Source of the DNA: Lytechinus pictus | Lineage: Eukaryota | Direction of reading: 5' to 3' | Assembly (NCBI RefSeq): GCF_037042905.1 | Contig: NC_087251.1 | Coordinates: 11,472,001-11,536,000 of the forward strand | Length of the DNA stretch: 64,000 bases | Shown: piece by piece, positions 59,122 through 64,000 of the stretch | Layout: every line of letters starts with the position of its first letter | How positions within the stretch are numbered: position 1 is the first letter of the stretch | The notes under the pieces: model-generated | Seen by the model: the letters and a program-made list of their open reading frames with translations, nothing else | Database searches by the model: none | Told to the model about the DNA's origin: nothing | Position numbers and translations under genes: made by a program

Positions 59122-62100
59122 CTGAGCATGAATTTACATACAAAATACACCACTCACATCATTGATAGCTGGACACCTACCTTCAATGAGATCAGTCCAA
59201 GCACCAGTTTCATTTTTTGTTCAGTGCTAGACTGGTGTAAATCACAGACACTGGAAGTCAACACCGAACTTGAAATCGCCATCATTGAGATATTTTACAA
59301 CACACTACCACCTGTATGACCAGTAGTGAATATTATGATAATGCTTTCATTGAGCATTTTAATTGTTTCAGTTTCAGATTATGTTATAGATGCCGATGGC
59401 AGGTGGAGCCTTGCAGCTCATTCATTGTTGAAAATTACGGAATCCCATTTTTAACCCATTGCCTACTGGATCTAAGTGGCCTATTTTCAAAGCCTTTGTG
59501 AATTACAAAATCCAGTAGTCAACTGGTTAGTTAAGCCAAAATCAGTCAGGTACGAAGGATAATTATCTGACTTTCAATAAAGAGTGTTAGATGTAACCGT
59601 GTAGTAGTTGGCACCTCACACTTATGGTTTCAAATACCAAAATAAAATAAAAGGAAATTGTAAGTTCACAAGCATCTATGTAGTCACAGTTTGGCAATAG
59701 ATTGTTAAGAAGGATAATATTGCATGCTGTTATATTTGGATTTGGAAAATTTTCAAAAAAGGGGGCTGGTTTTTGTGAACTTTATGGCCAGAATTCATGA
59801 ATGTGTTTTTAATTTGTGATCTTGTACCATGGTTTATGCAGATTTAATTGCTCTTATTAGTGCATATATTGAGGAAGAGTTTAATAATCAGTGCGTGCTT
59901 CTGCCGAAGTGTTCTAAATCCAAGCTTGTAATTACCAAGGTTAGAGCATTAGTGAGCCTACTGTTTTGAGCCAGTGATCTCATTGTTCATACCAATTGTT
60001 TTACATCAACAATAGACTCATTAATGCTGTAACCTTTGTAAGGGTAAATGAGTGTGGTGTGAGAAAAGCTTGCATACATTCTTGGACACTTCTTAAACTG
60101 AATAAAGTGTACCAGTAATCAACACCTGGAATCTGCATAAACCCAAGTTTTCAAAACACCCTTTTTTAATTCGAACCTAAGTGAGGTACAGATATGCATT
60201 AGATTTTCAATAAAAACAAAGTATTCATTCACCTAAAGAGAGTTGGTGGTGGTATCGGTATCAAACAAATTAGTTCTAAGAGATATATAATGTATTTATA
60301 TATGTGAATTTAAAATCTTTCATGGCCACATATCATCAAGTAATATATTGTTTTTGTAGTAGTTTCATTTGATTTTTTCACTCTGAGAGTGGAAAAATAA
60401 TGTGCCTTGTGTATGTTTGTACGTATTGTGATATATTATTATCAGTTTTTTTATCAGCTCGTGGCTTGCAGTTCTTGAGTAGTCATTTAGCAAGACATTG
60501 ATTTCACCCTGATCGTATCAATAGGTTTATTTTTAAGGTTTTTCTTCCTCAATTCATGTTTTGATGGGGAAAATATCATGATGAGTTTCTTTCCAGATCA
60601 TTCTGTAACCATTTTCTTTAATTGTTGGGTACATATTTTCCTTCCGCCATTCAGTCCCTCAGTAAAGTGATCCATGCTTTCCACTTAAACATGAAGCAAA
60701 GCTGTCATTGTTTGTTATTGACTTCTCATTCACATTTTGAAATGGGGAATCAGCACATGCTAATAGAAAATGTGCCTTGTTTAGGAAATAAGTGACCACC
60801 CCACCCGTAATGTCATATTATGTCGACCCCAGTGACTGTGCAGTTTTCTTAATGAAAGTGTAGCCTCTTGGAAAACTGAGTTCATGGTATTTTGCTAGTT
60901 CCTCTTTGAAGCCTCCTAACTCCTAGTTGGCTGAGCATAATTGTATTTTATAGAATATCTTGCAAACAATAGGCAGACAGCAAGTTTTGTTTTATTTGAA
61001 TGTTTGTCAGAAAGCATTTGTGTACTTTGGCCATAATACTGTAAAGTGTCCTTGACATTTTTGTTATTTGTAATATCTCTCAATGCTTTGCTGTGCTCAT
61101 GTATCTTTTTTTTCTTCTTCATAATAAGCAGTTTTCTTGTATATGTTCACAAATGTCTCTCGATGCTGTAGGGGTAGCCAGCAAACACTCTCTTGGCACA
61201 ATCTTTAGAGACTTGCATCACCTTGATGTTTTCTGACAAGGTGCCCCTTGCAGAAAGAGTTGTGATCAAACCCAACTCCTAAAATCAAACACAACTTGAT
61301 TTTCAACTAATCAGAAGCATGCAGTCTACACTTGATTTTTTAAGTTGCATTTGAACACAATTCTTCTGCAACAGGCCCAAGGAGTAGCAAGTGAAATAAT
61401 GAACTATGGTGGAATTTTAAAGAAAGTTTGCATACTAAAACTTTGATTTGAGACTTTTGGATATAGATAAATACCTAGTAAATGAGAGGGAAAAAAAGTG
61501 AAATAGGACGGAGATTGTCTTCTTTGGTCATGAAAATAGCAGCTTCATTGCAGCTATATCTGAAAAGTTCAGCTATATCTGAAAATATTATGGTGGCTCA
61601 TCAAGAAGAATATACCAAATGAAAATCTGATTTTCTTATGTTTTGTTTATAGCTTTCTTTTGATTACCTTCAGAATGTGCTTTCCCTGTCAAATCCCCAT
61701 ATCATTTCTAACAAATTTATTTCAACCTTATTTCAAAACGTCTTGCTTTGATTTGTTGCTACACACACTATCTAGTATCCCTGCTCTTTTTTTAAAATCA
61801 ATGATGAATTGTTTTTAATTGTTTTAACTTTGAACTGGGATACCTATTTGAGTTGTTTTCTACTCTCACGATGGTGCTGGTTTTAAGACTATTAAAAGAT
61901 TAATGAAAGAGTAAATTGGGTAAAAAGAATAACAGCTCCCAGGAAAATGCAATTTTAAAGTCATTATTTATGTTTGTTTTTTATGTTCTTGGTGATAAAC
62001 TCTCATTTTGACCTGGAATGGTGATACGTCAATGGCAAATGATTTCAATGGAATATTAAGGGTTTGTTAATTAATGATACATAATAAATCAGAAAAAGTT

Positions 62101-62768
62101 TTCATTTTATGTGTATGTCATGTGTCCATAGTTTTCTATACTGTGCTATCATGTATCACCATGAAGAGACATGCACAGAGAGAGAGAGAGAGAGAGAAGG
62201 GGGGGGGGGGCAAATTAAATGTCCAATAAGAGAATTGCAAAGAACAAAAGGAAATGGCGGAGGGGACAAAGAGATGAACGGAAATTACGGAAGAGAGAAG
62301 GATGCAAATATAAAATCCTGCTCATTGCAAATTATGCCTAAAACAAAGCACCCCTTTCCCCTTAATATTTACAATAAGTCCCCATTTAATCCCACCCCTT
62401 GCTTTGGGTGCACCTTTTCTAAATTAAAAAATCTACCCTCTCAAATCATTATACACTTGCCAATTATGGCAGATATGGTGATCTATATTTGGAGACTGCC
62501 CTGCGGCAATAATCTTTATTCAATGTTTAGAGGTGCCTCTTAACCTGACAAGTGACTCCCACTATGTTTTTATTTTCTCAAATATTTGAAGATGTTATTT
62601 TTCTTTAATACTCGAATCATTCTTTTTGAACGAGAGACCATTGTTACTCGTGACATTCATTTGATTAAAAAATGAAATAAATCGCTTGCCTCAATTTAAT
62701 TTTCAATCAATCAGAAAGAACTCATGGTGTCAACATTTTCAAATGAAATTCATAAAAACGTTCTTTTG

Positions 62769-62850
62769 CGACGAGGGTGGGATTCGAACCCACGCGTGCA
62801 GAGCACAATGGATTAGCAAACCATCGCCATAACCACTCGGCCACCTCGTC
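62769..62850 (-). tRNA. tRNA-Ser(GCT), variant (possibly impaired)
   Basis: 82 nt GACGAGGTGGCCGAGTGG...GGTTCGAATCCCACCCTCGTCG with long variable arm, anticodon GCT and a T5 Pol III terminator ~11 nt downstream; T-T mismatch at the loop-closing pair of the anticodon stem. Confidence 0.85.
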
Positions 62851-63919
62851 ATATAATTGTTATTAAGACAATTATACTCTTTAACTGGTTTTGCATCAAA
62901 TTTCACGTCAGTTTCATCATAAATTTCGACTGGACCACACAACACACAGGTATTGCGCAATATTCAGGCAATTCCCACGCAGGTGCAGATTAACCATAAT
63001 TAAAAGCGGTTGAGTACCATTGATCTTCAGTCTTCACGCAATAGTTCTTACCACTGCTGGCGTTCAGATGGGGGGGGGGGGCTTAAATGTGCCATATCCC
63101 ATCCCCTAAGAAGTGAAAAAGGGAGAAAATGAATGCACATGCCGGGAAAGAGTGAAATATACTATTTTCTGAATATTACATAAAAATATACCAAAATACT
63201 TGATCTCAAAATATGCCAAAAGACTTGATCTTTTGATGAGAAAAGGTCAAAATTTTGCTCGTTCGCATTAACTTAAAACTTTCGCTCCTCCCACCATATC
63301 TGGTCCTATCATAATTATTATTATTGCTTATTACGCCACCGATTCGCACGAAGAGGGGAGCCTTACCACCGAATTTATGCAGTTCACAGTTTTATAAATT
63401 ATCTATATGGCACTCGCCGTCTTGACAATTATTTTGAATCCAGTCTCGGGCTGCAATCAATATTTTTTATTATAAAAGACCATCATTGAAATTTGATATC
63501 TTACCACAAGTTGCCTTTTTGTCGCCTGCAATGAACCCCTCCCAATTTCCTTCTTTTTGATTAGGGTACATTCACATACCAATACATTGCCTTTATATAC
63601 TCTGACTGATAAAAGTTCCCCTTGACTCCTTCCCCTCCCCATTCTCACCTTGGCTCATTTATATTTGCTCTGGCAGCATCCCTATCGACGATTTCTATAG
63701 TGCATTTTCTTTTCTTTTTTCCTAAGTATGGCACTTTTTAATGAATTCAGGTGTCACGTACTCGCTCATTTTATGAAAAAAAAACTCATCTCCTTTTCCC
63801 TTTCATTTTTATGTTTCTCGCCTCTTTGCAGTGACAGTTTTCATATGAGGAAAAAATAAGATTTCAACTGACGAGTGATTTCGAAACGGATGGAATTGTA
63901 AACTGTTATTCTATAACTG

Positions 63920-63990
63920 CGTTGAGGGTGGGATTCGAATCCACGCGTGCAAATAGCAATTCATCGCCATAACCACTCGGCCACCTCGTC
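63920..63990 (-). pseudogene. tRNA-Ser(GCT) pseudogene
   Basis: Same 5' half and T-arm as 62769-62850, but ~11 nt of anticodon 3' strand/variable arm deleted, with acceptor-stem and B-box substitutions. Confidence 0.85.
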
Positions 63991-64000
63991 ATATGCATCA

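Noticed and set aside
62109..62543. 144-aa ORF (and 139-aa ORF 24166-24585, 130-aa ORF 26992-27384)
   Set aside because: Span simple repeats or MITEs, with no recognisable domain or splice support.

Overview
Eukaryotic, AT-rich, intron- and transposon-rich DNA, most likely from a marine deuterostome such as a sea urchin (inferred from the SINE/MITE repertoire and protein similarity). Two spliced genes lie head-to-head. (1) CFAP70/TTC18 (C2-like N-terminus plus TPR region) is on the minus strand with ATG at 21377; 20 frame-consistent exons run down to 2098, plus a probable 36-nt microexon. It has one GC-AG intron and continues past the left edge. (2) A complete 8-exon PP1-beta-type protein phosphatase 1 catalytic subunit gene is on the plus strand (35368-57552, 324 aa). 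The CpG-rich spacer holds a compact RFX X-box/ETS/NRF1 promoter (27508-27541). It also holds an old tandem duplication of a putative bidirectional promoter unit, each copy with a minus-strand donor, a plus-strand donor and an almost invariant 55-bp hairpin. Introns and spacer contain many non-autonomous DNA elements (hAT-like, Kolobok-like, Helentron/HINE-like, Harbinger-like), several of them nested, plus tRNA-derived SINEs. A variant tRNA-Ser(GCT) and a deleted pseudocopy lie at the right end. Most ORFs in the supplied track are spurious. No novel protein-coding system was found; the best candidate for something undescribed is the duplicated promoter/hairpin unit.
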